A stretch of 64,000 nt of DNA from the human T2T-CHM13v2.0 reference genome, Homo sapiens (GCF_009914755.1 NC_060934.1); one strand, 5' to 3'. Positions 1 to 22,402 are shown, numbered from the stretch's first letter. A program made the numbers and translations. Notes: generated by a model not told the origin, from the sequence alone.

Positions 1-307
1 AAGGTTAAGCCCTGTTTAATTTGATCCAAAAGTGTTTGTAATAATTAAAGGGTAATCAAATTTAGAGTAATGATTACCTAGCAGAGACAGGAAGGCTAAT
101 GATAAGGTAGAAGTATCGAGGGGGTTTCAACTACACTGACAATGTTTATTTCCAAAGCTCTGTTGCAGGTCCACATATGTTTATTATGTTATTACTTAAA
201 ATTTTTTGATTGTCGCCAATTTTGTTAAAAGCATTTTAAGAGAAACCATTAGTAGAAGTGAAATAGATACAGTACTTCTAAAATTAAGGGCCGGGCGCGG
301 TGGTTCA

Positions 308-568
<261 letters not shown>

Positions 569-946
569 TCAAAAAAACAAAACAAATTGGGACAAGGAGA
601 AATTTTTAAATATACTCCTTCCTTATAATTTGAGGAAAATAATTTTAATTTAAAATAAGAAGTACAACCAGGCACAGTAGCTCATGCCAATAATCTGAGC
701 ACTTTGTGGGGCCAAGGTGGGAGGATCGCTTGAGCCCAGGAATTTGACACCAACCAAGACAACATAGTGAGACACCATCTCTACAAAAAAACTTAAAAGT
801 TAGCTCTGCGTGGTGGCGCTCGCAATTCAGGAGGCTGAGGCAGGAAGATTGCTTGGGCCCAGGAGGTAGAGGCTGCAGTGAGCTGTGATCACACCACTGC
901 ACTCCAGCCTGGGTGACAGAATAAGACCATGTCTCAAAAAAAAAAA

Positions 947-1027
947 TCTATATATCTATCTATCTATATATATATCTATATATATAGATATATAGATATA
1001 GATAGATAGATATATAGATAGATATAT
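947..1027. repeat. Complex (TCTA)/(TA)/(TAGA) microsatellite
   Basis: TCTA-rich left half, TAGA-rich right half and a TA core. Confidence 0.85.
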
Positions 1028-1062
1028 TTTTTAAAAAGACAAAGGCCAGGCGCGGTGACTCA

Positions 1063-1807
<745 letters not shown>

Positions 1808-1854
1808 TTACGCCTATAATCCCAGCACTTTTGGAGGCCGAAGCAGGCGGATCA

Positions 1855-2163
<309 letters not shown>

Positions 2164-2214
2164 TTAAAAGCATTTAAAAAATAAATTAAAGCCCAGTGCA
2201 GTGGCTCACGCCTA

Positions 2215-2472
<258 letters not shown>

Positions 2473-2904
2473 TCAAAAAAGAAAAATTAAATTAAATTAA
2501 AGCCACCAATACAGATTTATTTTTTTGAGGGGGCTCGTATATATTAAAAATAGAGGACACTCCAAAGACTACTACAATAGTTCACTGTTGCACTCCAGGA
2601 ATTCTACTCCAAATTTTATATGCCTTGTAGGGTATACTGTAACCAGGGTACACTGTAACCCACGGCATGCAGCCCTATAGAGTGTGAAATCTAATATGAA
2701 TGTGTAACCTAATGATTGCAAATCAGGAAACAAAACAGCACACATCAGCACGGGGAGGAGGTTAAAGGAATAAAAGAATCCTGTTCACACACTGATACGC
2801 AGAGTAATACACCCCAAGACACTGGGTAATATCATTCTTCTCCATTTTATCCTCAAGTTAGACAAAAAAAGAAAATAATTTCCTTCCTTTCCAGTTTTTT
2901 ATAA

Positions 2905-3090
<186 letters not shown>

Positions 3091-3093
3091 TAA

Positions 3094-3297
<204 letters not shown>

Positions 3298-3584
3298 TAG
3301 GCTTACACACGTTTAATTTTGATTCTTTGTATACATGAGCAATAAACTGTGTGAGGAAGAATTCATTGCAGAGGCAGGGCACAGTGGCTCATGCCAGTAA
3401 TCAAAGCACTTTGGGAGGCCAAGACAGGTGGGTCAGACAGCTTGAGCCCAAAAGTTTGAGACCAGCCTTGGCAACATAGCAAGACCTTGTCTCTCCAAAT
3501 ATTTAAGACACCCTGTCACAAATAAATAAATAAATACATAAATACATAAATTAGTCTAATAGAAACTAAATTAAAGATAAATGA

Positions 3585-3948
<364 letters not shown>

Positions 3949-3951
3949 TCA

Positions 3952-4366
<415 letters not shown>

Positions 4367-4427
4367 TCATGAGTTGCAGACCAGCCTAGGGAACAAGTGA
4401 GACCTACTCTCTATTTTTTTTTTTTTA

Positions 4428-4637
<210 letters not shown>

Positions 4638-4903
4638 TCAAAAAAAAAAAAGAGGAAAAAAAAAAGAAAAGAAAAGAAAAAATATTGACAAGAAAATGAG
4701 TTATAATTAATATACCGCATAAATATCCATTCAGGTTTGTAAGAATAACACTTTTAAAATGCAGTTGGAAAAATAACTCATTGTTATTCACCCTGTTAAA
4801 CATCTTTCTATAAAACGATATTATAAAAATCAAGCACAGTGCCCGCGCGTGGTGGCTCATGCCTGTAATCCCAGTACTTAGGAAGGACAAGGCGGGCAGG
4901 TCA

Positions 4904-5110
<207 letters not shown>

Positions 5111-5287
5111 TCAGAAAGAAAAAAAAAGCTAACGCAAATAATGTTTTGGCCGGGAGCAGTGGCTCATGCCTATAATTTCAGTACTTTGGGAGACCAAGAC
5201 AGGCAGATTATTTGACGTTAGGAGTTCGAGGCAGCCAACATGGCAAAACCCTGTCTCTCTACTGAAAATACAAAAATTAGCCGGTCA

Positions 5288-5425
<138 letters not shown>

Positions 5426-5622
5426 TCAAAAAATAGTAATAATAATAGGCCGGGCACAGTGGCTTTCACCTGTAATCCCAGCACTTTGAGAGGCCGAGAC
5501 GGGCAGATCACAAGGTCACGAGTTCCAGACCAGCCTGGCCAATATGGTGAAACCCCGTATCTACTAAAAAATACAAAAATTAGCCGGGCGTGGTGGTGCA
5601 CGCCTATAGTCCCAGCCACTCA

Positions 5623-5769
<147 letters not shown>

Positions 5770-5977
5770 TCATTGACCACATTTCTGTTTACTTCCTTAG
5801 AATAATCTCCTAGAACTGGAACCGCAAGGTCAAAGAATAGGTACTTTTTGAGACTTTTACGCATATTGCCAAAATGCCCTCCAAAGACTAAACAATTCTT
5901 ATTCTCACCAATGACAAGTTATTGAAGTGTCCATGTTAATCAAATGGCTGGTCTGTAAGGAACAACTAAGGTCTTGA

Positions 5978-6148
<171 letters not shown>

Positions 6149-6711
6149 TAAGTAGAGACAGGGTTTCACCATGTTGGCCAAGCTGATCTCGAACTCCTGA
6201 CCTCAGGTGATCTTCCTGCCTCAGCCTCCCAAAGTACTGGGAATACAGGCATGAGCCACTGCACCTGGCCTAAAGTCTTGATTTTTTTTTTTTTTAACAA
6301 AGCAAGTGGCCAGGTGCGGTGGCTCACACCTGTAATCCCAGCACTTTGGGAGGCCGAGGCAGGCAGATCACCTGAGGTCGGGAGTTCGAGATCATTCTGA
6401 CCAACATAGAGAAACCCCGTCTCTACTAAAAATACAAAAATTAGCCAGGCGTGGTGGTGCATGCCTGTAATCCCAGCTACTCAGGAGGCTGAGGCAGGAG
6501 AATCACTTGAACCCAGGAGGTGGAGGTTGTGGTGAGCCGAGATAGCGCCATTTCACTCTAGCTTGGGCCACAAGAGCAAACTCCATCTCCAAAAAAAGAA
6601 AAAAAAAAAAAAGCAAGCACTGGATTCTTCTTGAACAAATATTTCTAGAATGCTTTTTAAATTAAGCGTTAAAAAGGAGTAATTATTTCAGTTTTGCATT
6701 TTTAAATTTCA

Positions 6712-7104
<393 letters not shown>

Positions 7105-7308
7105 CTAATAAATCCCAATAAACATGTAATATTTGCTTCAATGATTCCAAGATTTGGGCTAGGAAAATATCAGCATCCTAAAATGATAATATATATAACC
7201 ACTACTGCAAATGAAAGGATTATAATGGATAAGAAATATATTCTTTGGAAAATTTGCCCCCTTTCAAGTTCCTGAACCTACAGAGAAAAAACAAATAACA
7301 AATTTGCC

Positions 7309-7902
7309 CATTTGAAATGCTCGTTTCCTGGTGCCGTAAAGAAATAGTACTTGAACCTAAGTTTAATTTACTTAGCAAGGTCATTTTTATTTTTTGCAGA
7401 AAGGGTATACTCGCCAGCAGTTTTGCCACGAAAGTACACCGAACAAAGGAGACAGGGTCATTTATAACCTGACATGTCCACCCTACTGCTGTGTCCAGTT
7501 TCCATTGGCTGGAACGGGACCTCACAGCCTGTATTTGTCCCGACTGGCTAGCAACTTAGAACTTTTTAAAAGAGGCAAAGGCAGAGGAGCACAAGGGAAG
7601 GAGAAAGTAACCTGTGGAATGCTGGGGAAGGTAAAAAAAAAACACCTTTAAATAAGGAAGAGGAACAAGCTATGACCTAATGCTTGCTTGGAGCAGAATA
7701 AGCATGCCAGGGCAAATATTTAGGCTAAATTGTGGGAGCTAAGAACATAAAGCACATTGATTTTTTAATCATGGCTAGCAAATATTTAAGAATGTTAGCA
7801 CAGGTCTTTGAATAAATTTTGCTTCTGAGAGAAGTTACTATTTATTCCTAATTAAATGGGGAAAAAAGTTTTTAAAGAGGAACCTCTACTTTACTTTTTA
7901 CA
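7309..7902 (-). mobile_element. ERV1-class solo LTR (LTR10C-like), copy 1, sense orientation in SLC25A16 intron 2
   Basis: Minus strand starts TGTAAAAAGTAAAGTAGAGGTTCCTC, about 590 bp, colinear with 21079-21965. Minus-strand CCAAT (7504-7508), TATAAA (7461-7466) and ATTAAA (7362-7367). Subfamily name is from memory. Confidence 0.75.
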
Positions 7903-7982
7903 CCCCCAAACTTAAATTCCCTTTTTTGCCCACTTTCCACAATATTTTCATTCATTTTTATCTTTAGCATCTATTAACTCAC

Positions 7983-8075
7983 CTAAATGCTTGTAATGGT
8001 GATTGTGAGCTTGTAATAAAACCTTTACTCGATCCAATGGAGCAACTGTTGTTTTGGCACAGCATCCAGCAATAC
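7983..8075 (-). CDS. SLC25A16: SLC25A16 coding exon 2, 93 nt, phase 1-1
   Basis: Minus strand: ttttag|GT ATT GCT ... CAT TTA G|gtgagt, translating (G)IAGCCAKTTVAPLDRVKVLLQAHNHHYKHL(G). It contains the carrier signature PxDxxK (PLDRVK) and is in frame with exon 1. No further exon was found in 1-7982. Confidence 0.96.
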
Positions 8076-8350
8076 CTAAAAATTTTTCAAAAGGTCAGGA
8101 AGAAATTGCGTACCATTTCTTTCCAGATGGAAATCATTAGTTGTTCAGCCAGCAAACCCTCTAATCTCTAATTCAGTCTCCATGAGTAAATCTGCCCACA
8201 GCATATAGATATGCAGATGACTGGTCCCCATTTCCTGTAACTTAATAAGTGAGCATGATTACACTGCTAAAACTTACTAAAACAAATTTTAGTAGTGTAA
8301 ATCGTCATCTAATACCTGAGGAAGGCTGGGAATCTTGCTAAAATGTGGTT

Positions 8351-8510
8351 ATGGAGACAGACACTTCAAGGTATTAATCCAACTGCCAGGTTCTGTTTGA
8401 AGTAACCTCCTCTTCTTCTGGAACATTTTTACGGAGACAGACACTTGAAGGTATTTATCCGATTGCCAGGTTCTGTTTGAAGTAAACTCCTCTTCTTCTG
8501 GATCATTTTT
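8351..8510. repeat. Two-copy 80-bp tandem duplication
   Basis: 8351-8430 and 8431-8510 align without gaps with 7 mismatches. Confidence 0.92.
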
Positions 8511-8899
8511 CATTGAAACAACCAACTTTTACCCATAAAATTAGTCATCCATTTATACATTCAGCAAATATGTATTTCGACCCTACCATGTGCCACTGGG
8601 GAAAAGTATAGATGAAAGTAGAATAAAGTGCATACATGGGCTTTAGCATAGGTCAGAGTCCAGGCCAGCCCTTCGAGCTTGGCATGCTTCTAAAGCAATA
8701 ATATAGACTTCTCTACAATACTGTACATCTAGTAATGACTTGAAAAAATGGGTTGCTCCTTTTATAAAAAGGTGAATAACAGGCCAGGCACAGTAGCTCG
8801 CACCTGTAATCCCAGCACTTTCGGAGGCTGAGGTAGAAAAATTACTTGAGACTAGGAGTTTGAGACCAGCCTGGGAAACACAGTGAGACCTCATCTCTA

Positions 8900-9240
<341 letters not shown>

Positions 9241-9330
9241 TCAGTACTCAGAGACTAAGGCTGGAGGATGACGTGAGCCAACAGTTGGAGGTCACGGAGA
9301 GCTATAATTGTGCGGCTTCGCTCCAGCCTA

Positions 9331-9643
<313 letters not shown>

Positions 9644-9804
9644 TTAAAAAAAGAAAAAAAAAGAAAACACAAATAAAATTTTAATTTTAAAAATCCATAT
9701 TCTGAGATATCCAAAAATAAATTGTGGCTGGGAGCCGTGGCTCATGCCTGTAATCGCAGCACTTTGGGAGGCCGAGGCGGGCAGATCACGAGGTCAGGAA
9801 TTCA

Positions 9805-10041
<237 letters not shown>

Positions 10042-10263
10042 TTAAATAAATAAATAAATAAAATGTATTTTTTACTCAGATATTATATCCACTATGTTTC
10101 CATATCAAAGCTCTCTTATCCGAACTAATGAAAATAATAGTTGGCCAGGTATGGTGACTCATACCTGTAATCCCAGCGCTTTGGGAGGCCGAGGTGGGCG
10201 GATCACCTGAGGTCGGGAGTTTGAGACCAGCCCGACCAACATGGAGAAACCCTGTCTCTACTA

Positions 10264-10422
<159 letters not shown>

Positions 10423-10956
10423 TCAAAAAACAAAAAAAGGCTGGGCGCAGTGGCTCATGCCTGTAATCCCAGCACTTTGGGAGGCCGAGGTGGGTGGATC
10501 ACGAGGTCAGGAGTTCAAGACCAGCCTGGCCAAGATGGTGAAACCTTGTCTCTACTAAAAATACAAAAATTAGCCAGGTGTGGTAGCGGACACCTGTAAT
10601 CCCAGCTACTCGGGAGGCTGAGGCAGAGAATTGCCTGAACCCGGGAGGCAGAGGTCTCAGTGAGCTGAGATTGTGCCACTGCACTCCAGCCTGGGTGACA
10701 GAGTGAGACTCCATCTCAAAAAAAAAAAAAAAGTAAATCATAATCATAGCTATCCAAAATTATGGGTAAACTAAAAATAATATGCATTTGGATACATTTG
10801 GTTTCAGAATATTTTATATTATCTTCTCAGTTGTGTATGAATTAACTGTATAATGAATTATTTAGGCCAGGTGCAGTGGCTCTCGCCTGTATTCCCAGCA
10901 CTTTGGGAGGCCGAGGTGGGCAGATCATCTGAGGTCAGGAGTTCGAGACCAGCCTA

Positions 10957-11145
<189 letters not shown>

Positions 11146-11203
11146 TCAAAAAAAAAGAGAGAAATTGTTTAGAATGTATTCAATAAGTACTTTTATATAA
11201 TAG

Positions 11204-11368
<165 letters not shown>

Positions 11369-11519
11369 TAGTAGAGAGAGGGTTTCACCATGTTGGCCAG
11401 ACTGTTCTTGAACTCCTGATCTCGTCATCCACCCGCCTCTACCTCCCAAAGTACTGGGATTACAGGCATGAGCCACCGCACCCAGCCTATTTAATAGTAT
11501 CTTAACTTGCTTTCACACT

Positions 11520-11625
11520 ACGATAGTCCCCCCTTATCTGCAATTTCACTTTCTGCAGTTTTAGTTACCACCAGTCATCCATGTTCAAAAAATATTAGAT
11601 AGACAATCTGTAAATAAACAATTGA
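11520..11625 (+). mobile_element. MER44/Tigger-type DNA transposon fragment
   Basis: tagtccccccttatctgc...ttcactttctgcagttttagttacc resembles a MER44 terminus. Confidence 0.5.
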
Positions 11626-11900
11626 CCCGGGCACAATGGCTCATGCCTATAATCCCAGCACTTTGGGAGGCCTAGGTGGGAGGATCACTTGAGGTCAGGA
11701 TTTCAAGACCAGCCTGGCCAACTTGGTGAAACCCCGTCTCTACTAAAAATACAAAAATTAGGCCAGGCGCAGTGGCCCACACCTGTAATCCCAGCACTTT
11801 GGAAGTCCGAGGCAGGCAGATCACCTGAGGTCAGAAGTTCGAAACCAGCCTGACCAACATGGAGAAACACTTTCTCTACTAAAAATACAAAAATTAGCTA

Positions 11901-12041
<141 letters not shown>

Positions 12042-12219
12042 TCAAAAAAAAAAAAAAAAAAATACAAAAATTAGCCAGGCGAAGGGCCAGGCATGGTGCC
12101 TCACATCTGTAATCCCAGCATTTTGGGACGTTGAGGCGGGCAGATCGCAAGGTCAGGAGATCGAGACCATCCTGGCTAACATGGTGAAACCCCGTCTCCA
12201 CTAAAACTACAAAAAATTA

Positions 12220-12756
<537 letters not shown>

Positions 12757-12767
12757 TCAATAAATAA

Positions 12768-13166
<399 letters not shown>

Positions 13167-13409
13167 TCAGGAATTGGAGACCAGTCTGGCCAACATAGTG
13201 AAACCCGTCTCTACTAAAAATACAAAAATGAGCTGGGCGTGATGGCGCACACCACCTGTAGTCCCAGCTAATCGGGAGGTTGAGGCGGTAAAATCGCTTG
13301 AACTCGGGAGCCAGAAGTTGCAGTGAGCTGAGATCATGCTGCTGCACTCCAGCCCGGACAACAGAGAGAGACTCTGTCTCAAAAAAAAAAAAGAAAAAAG
13401 AAAAGAAGG

Positions 13410-13610
13410 AAATACATTACTTATACGTGCAATGTGAATGAATCTTAAATGCATTAAGGTAAGTGATGGAAGTCAGACTCAAAAGGCTACATACTATATG
13501 ACCCGATTTATATAATATTCTGGAAAAGTCAAGACTACAGAGATAGAAAAACAGATCAGTGGTTGACAAGGGTTGCAGATGAGAGGAGAGGATTGTCAAA
13601 GAAAAGTGGA
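13410..13610 (+). mobile_element. Ancient L1M 3'-end fragment
   Basis: gaatgaatctt...aagtcagactcaaaaggctacatactatatg...gaaaacagatcagtggttg, typical of L1M 3'UTR; a probable continuation lies at ~14210-14290. Confidence 0.6.
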
Positions 13611-13845
13611 AATAAAGCCAGGCACAGTGGCTCATGCCTGTAATTCTAACACATTGGGAGGCCAAGGCAGGTGGATCACTTAAGGTCAGGAATTCGAGAC
13701 CAGTCTGGCCAGAATGGTGAAACCCGGTCTCCACTGAAAATACAAAAATTAGGCCAGGCACGGTGGCTCATGCCTGTAATCCCAGCACTTTCGGAGGCCG
13801 AGGCAGGCGGATCACGAGGTCAGGAGATCAAGACCATCCTTGCTA

Positions 13846-14055
<210 letters not shown>

Positions 14056-14629
14056 TTAGCCAGAAGTGGTGGCACCCACCGGTAGTCCCAGCTACTCTGG
14101 AAGCTGAGACAGGAGGATCACTTGAACACGGGAGGTGGAGGTTGCAGTGATAATCGGGCCACTGCACTCCAGCCTAGGCAACAAAGCGAGAATGTCTCAA
14201 AAAAAAAATAAAAGTGGAAATATTTTGGAACTACTCTATATCTTGACTATGGTGGTCATTACACAACATGTTTGTCAAAGTGCATTTAACTTAGCCAACA
14301 ACGATAGCTCTTTTTATTCCCCCTTTCACGGAATCTGGCTCTGTTGCTCAGGCTTGAGTGCAGTGCTGCGATCTGGGCTTACTGCGACCTCCGCCTCTCG
14401 CGTTCAAGTGATTCTCCTGCCTCAGCCTCCTGAGTAGCTGGGACTACAACAGGTGGGCGCCACCATGCCCAGCTAATTTTTGTATTTTTTGTACAGACTG
14501 GGTGTCACTATGTTGCCCAGGCTGGTCTCCAACTCATTAGCTCAAGCTATCCCCGCTACTCAGCCTCCCAAAGTGCTGAGAATAGAGGCCTGAACCAGTG
14601 CACCCGGCCATAGATATTTTGTTCTCTGA

Positions 14630-14941
<312 letters not shown>

Positions 14942-15650
14942 TGAGCCTCCTGAAGTGCTGGGATTACAGGTGTGAGACACCTCACCTAGCCTAAATGTCA
15001 TTTTATCAGCAGAACAAAATAATTAAATCCCGAGGCCTGGATTGGTGGCTTATGCCTTTAATCCCAGCACTTTGGGAGGCAGAGGTGAGCAGATTGCTTG
15101 AGGCCACGGGTTCGAGACCAGCCTGGCCAACATGGTAAAACCCTGTCTCTGCTAAAAATATAAAAATTAGGGCCAGGCACAGTGGCTCACGCCTGTAATC
15201 CCACCACTCTGGGAGGCCGAGGTGGGTGGATCACAAGGTCAAAAGATCAAGACCAGGTGGCTCACGCCTGTAATCCCAGCACTATGGGAGGTCAAGGCGG
15301 GCGGATCACGAGGTCAGGAGATCGAGACCATCCTGGCTAATATGGTGAAACCCCGTCTCTACTAAAAATACAAAAAATTAGCCGGGCGTGGTGGCGGGCG
15401 CCTGTAGTCCCAGCTACTCAGGAGGCTGAGGCAGGAGAATGGCGTGAACCCGGGAGGCAGAGATGAGATTGCAGTGAGCCGAGAGCACGCCACTGCACTC
15501 CAGCCTGGGCAACAGAAACTCCATCTCAAAAAAAAAAAAAAAAAAAAGAGAGATCGAGACCATCCTGGCCAACATGGTAAAACTTCGTCTCTACTAAAAA
15601 TACAAAATTAGCTGGGTGTGGTGGCACACACCTATAGTCCTAGCTACTCA

Positions 15651-15752
<102 letters not shown>

Positions 15753-16093
15753 TCAAAAATAAATAAATAAATAAATTAGCCAGGCACGGTGGCGAGCACC
15801 TGTAATCCCAGCTACTCGGGAGGTTGAGGCAGGAGAATCGCTTGAACCAGGCGGCAGAGGTTGCAGTGAGCCGAGATTGCGCCACTGCACTCCAGCCTGG
15901 GCTACATAGTGAGACTCCATCTCAAAAAAAAAAAAAAAAAAAAATTAACTGGGCATGGTGGTGCACGCCTGTAATCCCAGCTACTTGGGAGGCAGAAGCA
16001 GGTAAATCACTTGAACCCGGATACGGAGGTTGCAGTGAGCAGAGATCGTGCCGCTGCACTCCAGCCTGGCCGACAGAGTGAGACTCCATCTCA

Positions 16094-16288
<195 letters not shown>

Positions 16289-16514
16289 TTAATACTGCTG
16301 CAGTCTTCAGATATTATCTTTCTACAAATCCTCATAATGTGAGGTTTTTTTTGTTTTATTTTATTTTGTTTTTGAGATGGAGTGTCTCTGTCACCCAGAC
16401 TGGAGTGCAATGGCAGGATCTCGGCTCACTGCAACCTCCACAGTGATTTAGGCGACTCTCCTGCCTTAAGCCTCCTGAGTAGCTGGGATTACAGGCGAGT
16501 GCCACCACGCCTGA

Positions 16515-16706
<192 letters not shown>

Positions 16707-16887
16707 TAGCTCAGGCTGGAGGGTAGTGGTGTGATCATGGCTTACTGGAGCCTCGATCTCCTGGACTCAAGCAGTCTTCCTGCCTCAGCTTCCCTAGTAA
16801 CTGGGACTACAGTAGTGAGCCACTGCACACAACTTCAATGTGGAATTTTTAAATTTTTGAATCTTAAATAATTAAGTAATGACAACC

Positions 16888-17852
16888 TGTGGGGAAAAGC
16901 AAGAGAGATCAGATTGTTACTGTGTCTGTGTAGAAAGAAGTAGACATAGGAGACTCCATTTTGTTCTGTACTAAGAAAAATTCTTCTGCCTTGAGATTCT
17001 GTTAATCTATAACCTTACCCCCAACCCCGTGCTCTCTGAAACATGTGCTGTGTCACAGAGTTGAATGGATTAAGGGCGGTGCAAGATGTGCTTTGTTAAA
17101 CAGATGCTTGAAGGCAGCATGCTCCTTAAGAGTCATCACCACTCCCTAATCTCAAGTACCCAGGGACACAAAAACTGCGGAAGGCCGCAGGGACCTCTGC
17201 CTAGGAAAGCCAGGTATTGTCCAAGGTTTCTCCCCATGTGATAGTCTGAAATACGGCCTCGTGGGAAGGGAAAGACCTGAACGTCCCCCAGCCCGACACC
17301 CGTAAAGGGTCTGTGCTGAGGAGGATTAGTATAAGAGGAAGGCATGCCTCTTGCAGTTGAGACAAGAGGAAGGCATCTGTCTCCTGCCTGTCCCTGGGCA
17401 ATGGAATGTCTCGGTATAAAACGCGATTGTATGCTCCATCTACTGAGATAGGGAAAAACCGCCTTAGGGCTGGAGGTGGGACCTGCGGGCAGCAATACTG
17501 CTTTGTAAAGCATTGAGATGTTTATGTGTATGCATATCTAAGAGCACAGCACTTAATCCTTTACATTGTCTATGACGCAAAGACCTTTGTTCACGTGTTT
17601 GTCTGCTGACCCTCTCCCCACAATTGTCTTGTGACCCTGACACATCCCCCTCTTCGAGAAACACCCACAAATGATCAATAAATACTAAGGGAACTCAGAG
17701 GCTGGCGGGATCCTCCATATGCTGAACGCTGGTTCCCCGGGTCCCCTTATTTCTGTCTCTATACTTTGTCTCTGTGTCTTTTTCTTTCCTAAGTCTCTCG
17801 TTCCACCTTACGAGAAACACCCACAGGTGTGGAGGGGCAACCCACCCCTACA
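16888..17852 (+). mobile_element. HERV-K(HML-2) solo LTR, LTR5_Hs-type, 965 bp, antisense in SLC25A16 intron 1
   Basis: Begins TGTGGGGAAAAGCAAGAGAGATCAGATTG and ends CCCACCCCTACA. TATAAAA at 17415-17421, AATAAA at 17677-17682, and a 5-bp TSD CAACC (16883-16887 / 17853-17857). Confidence 0.93.
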
Positions 17853-18419
17853 CAACCCAGAGAAGTAATTAAGGAAGGGTGGAGCTTGAAGGCCCAGGAA
17901 ATTCCTAAGAGACAATATGAACTTTTTGATCCCAAAGTCACATCAATAATAGGGCTTGTCAAGTACTGTGTCACAGTTTACTAGAATCACTGGAACCAGT
18001 TTTGGCTGTAGACAGTTTGCACAATTTTCCAGTAGTCATTAAAAAGCTGATCTCCAATATTTGTTTTCCTTTAAGCAAACAGCAAAATCCAAGTCTACAC
18101 TGGGTCACTCACGGTTTTTATAAAAGAAAGGAGTGCCCAGCATGTCTCACTAAAACCCCAGGGTCTCTGTAAGGGATCCTCCTCTTTTCCCTGTTATCCA
18201 GCCCTGAAGAATGGGTGCCTGATTCAGACCTTCCACCTCCCCAGCCTCTGCCGGAGTGCCAAAGGTCCCACTCCCCATAACCTAGCTGTCATTAGTCAAG
18301 TGATTACTAGAAAGAGGTTACAGCAGGTCAGGGCAGACATCTAACAGAACATTGAAGCAGCCAGAGTCCAGGAATGTCATAGAGGCCGCTTGCATCCCAC
18401 TTGCCCACAGTCCTGCCCC

Positions 18420-19013
<594 letters not shown>

Positions 19014-19105
19014 TGAGGTCAGGAGTTCAAGACTAGCCTGGATGCCGGGCGCCGTGGCTCACGCCTATAATCCCAGCCCTTTGGGAGGCTGAGGCGGGCG
19101 GATCA

Positions 19106-19366
<261 letters not shown>

Positions 19367-19372
19367 CTACTA

Positions 19373-19525
<153 letters not shown>

Positions 19526-19606
19526 CTACGCCTCAAAAAAATAAAAAATAAAAAGGCCCACAACCTTAGAAAGCTCTCTCCTGTCTCGTCCCTTGACCTA
19601 TATTGA

Positions 19607-19949
<343 letters not shown>

Positions 19950-20420
19950 TGACCTCCCTAAGATGCAGCCTTTCTTTTTTTTTTTTTTTTTTTTTTTTTT
20001 GAGACGGAGTCTCGCTGTGTCGCCCAGGCTGGAGTGCACTGGCCTGATCTCGGCTCACTGCAAGCTCTGCCTCCCGGGTTCACGCCATTCTCCTGCCTCA
20101 GCCTCCTGAGTGGCTGGGACTACAGGCGCCCACCACCACGCCCGGCTAATTTTTTGTATTTTTAGTAGAGACGGGGTTTCACCGTGTTAGCCAGGATGGT
20201 CTCCATCTCCTGACCTCGCGATCCGCCTGCCTCGGCCTCCCAAAGTGCTGGGATTACAGGCATGAGCCACGGCGCCCGGCCAAGATGCAGCCTTTCTAAC
20301 CTGCGGCTTCTCGCTTTTTCAGGCATGTTTTGACTTGCTTCCATCTCCCACCAAATCAGCTCTGCCTTGTCAGAGCTCCTCACTGAACACCAATTTCTGC
20401 CCTCCCTAAATCCCCCACTA

Positions 20421-20777
<357 letters not shown>

Positions 20778-20780
20778 TCA

Positions 20781-20798
<18 letters not shown>

Positions 20799-20833
<35 letters not shown>

Positions 20834-20972
20834 GTGTATATATATGTGTATATATATGTATATATGTGTGTATATATGTATATATTATATATGCATATAT
20901 GTATATATTATATATACATATATGTATATATTATATATACATATATGCATATATAATATGCACATATATATA
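20799..20972. repeat. Complex (TA)n/(CA)n microsatellite grown from an Alu tail
   Basis: About 170 bp of alternating TA/TG/CA after a poly(A) tract. Confidence 0.9.
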
Positions 20973-21078
20973 GTATTTGCTAAAGCAGGTGATTCTTTCT
21001 TTTCGGCCCTACACATTTCACAAATAGTTCTGCCTTTCCAGGCAATCCTGAATCTGTCTTCCACTCAGTTCTCCAATT

Positions 21079-21965
<887 letters not shown>

Positions 21966-22402
21966 AATTCCACTGTGCTCTGCTTCCTACCAACCTCAAG
22001 TCTCTGCCCTAAACTCTGAGGAAACTTCCAGGTTCATCTCCCTGGTCCCACTGTATCCAAGACTCTTATTTGTTAACCACCATTTACAAGCACTTCTCTC
22101 TTACTGTGGACCCCACATCACTTCCAGCCTGGACAAAACTCATTCCCAATCTTTGTGACCAAAGTTGTACTGAACTTTTATCCTCCCTTTCAGAAATTAC
22201 CTATCATATTTTTTCTAAATACTTACTCCAGCCTTCCCTTTACAGATACTGATCTCTTTCTTTTTCTGTGCATGTGCCTCTGCAAAACATGCATTTGCAG
22301 ATGTTCTAGTGTCCCAGAGCTTAGTCTATGGGTCTCTTCTATGATTTTATTTGCTCTTAGAGATCTCACCCAACCTCATGGCTTTTTTCTTTCTTTTTTT
22401 GA

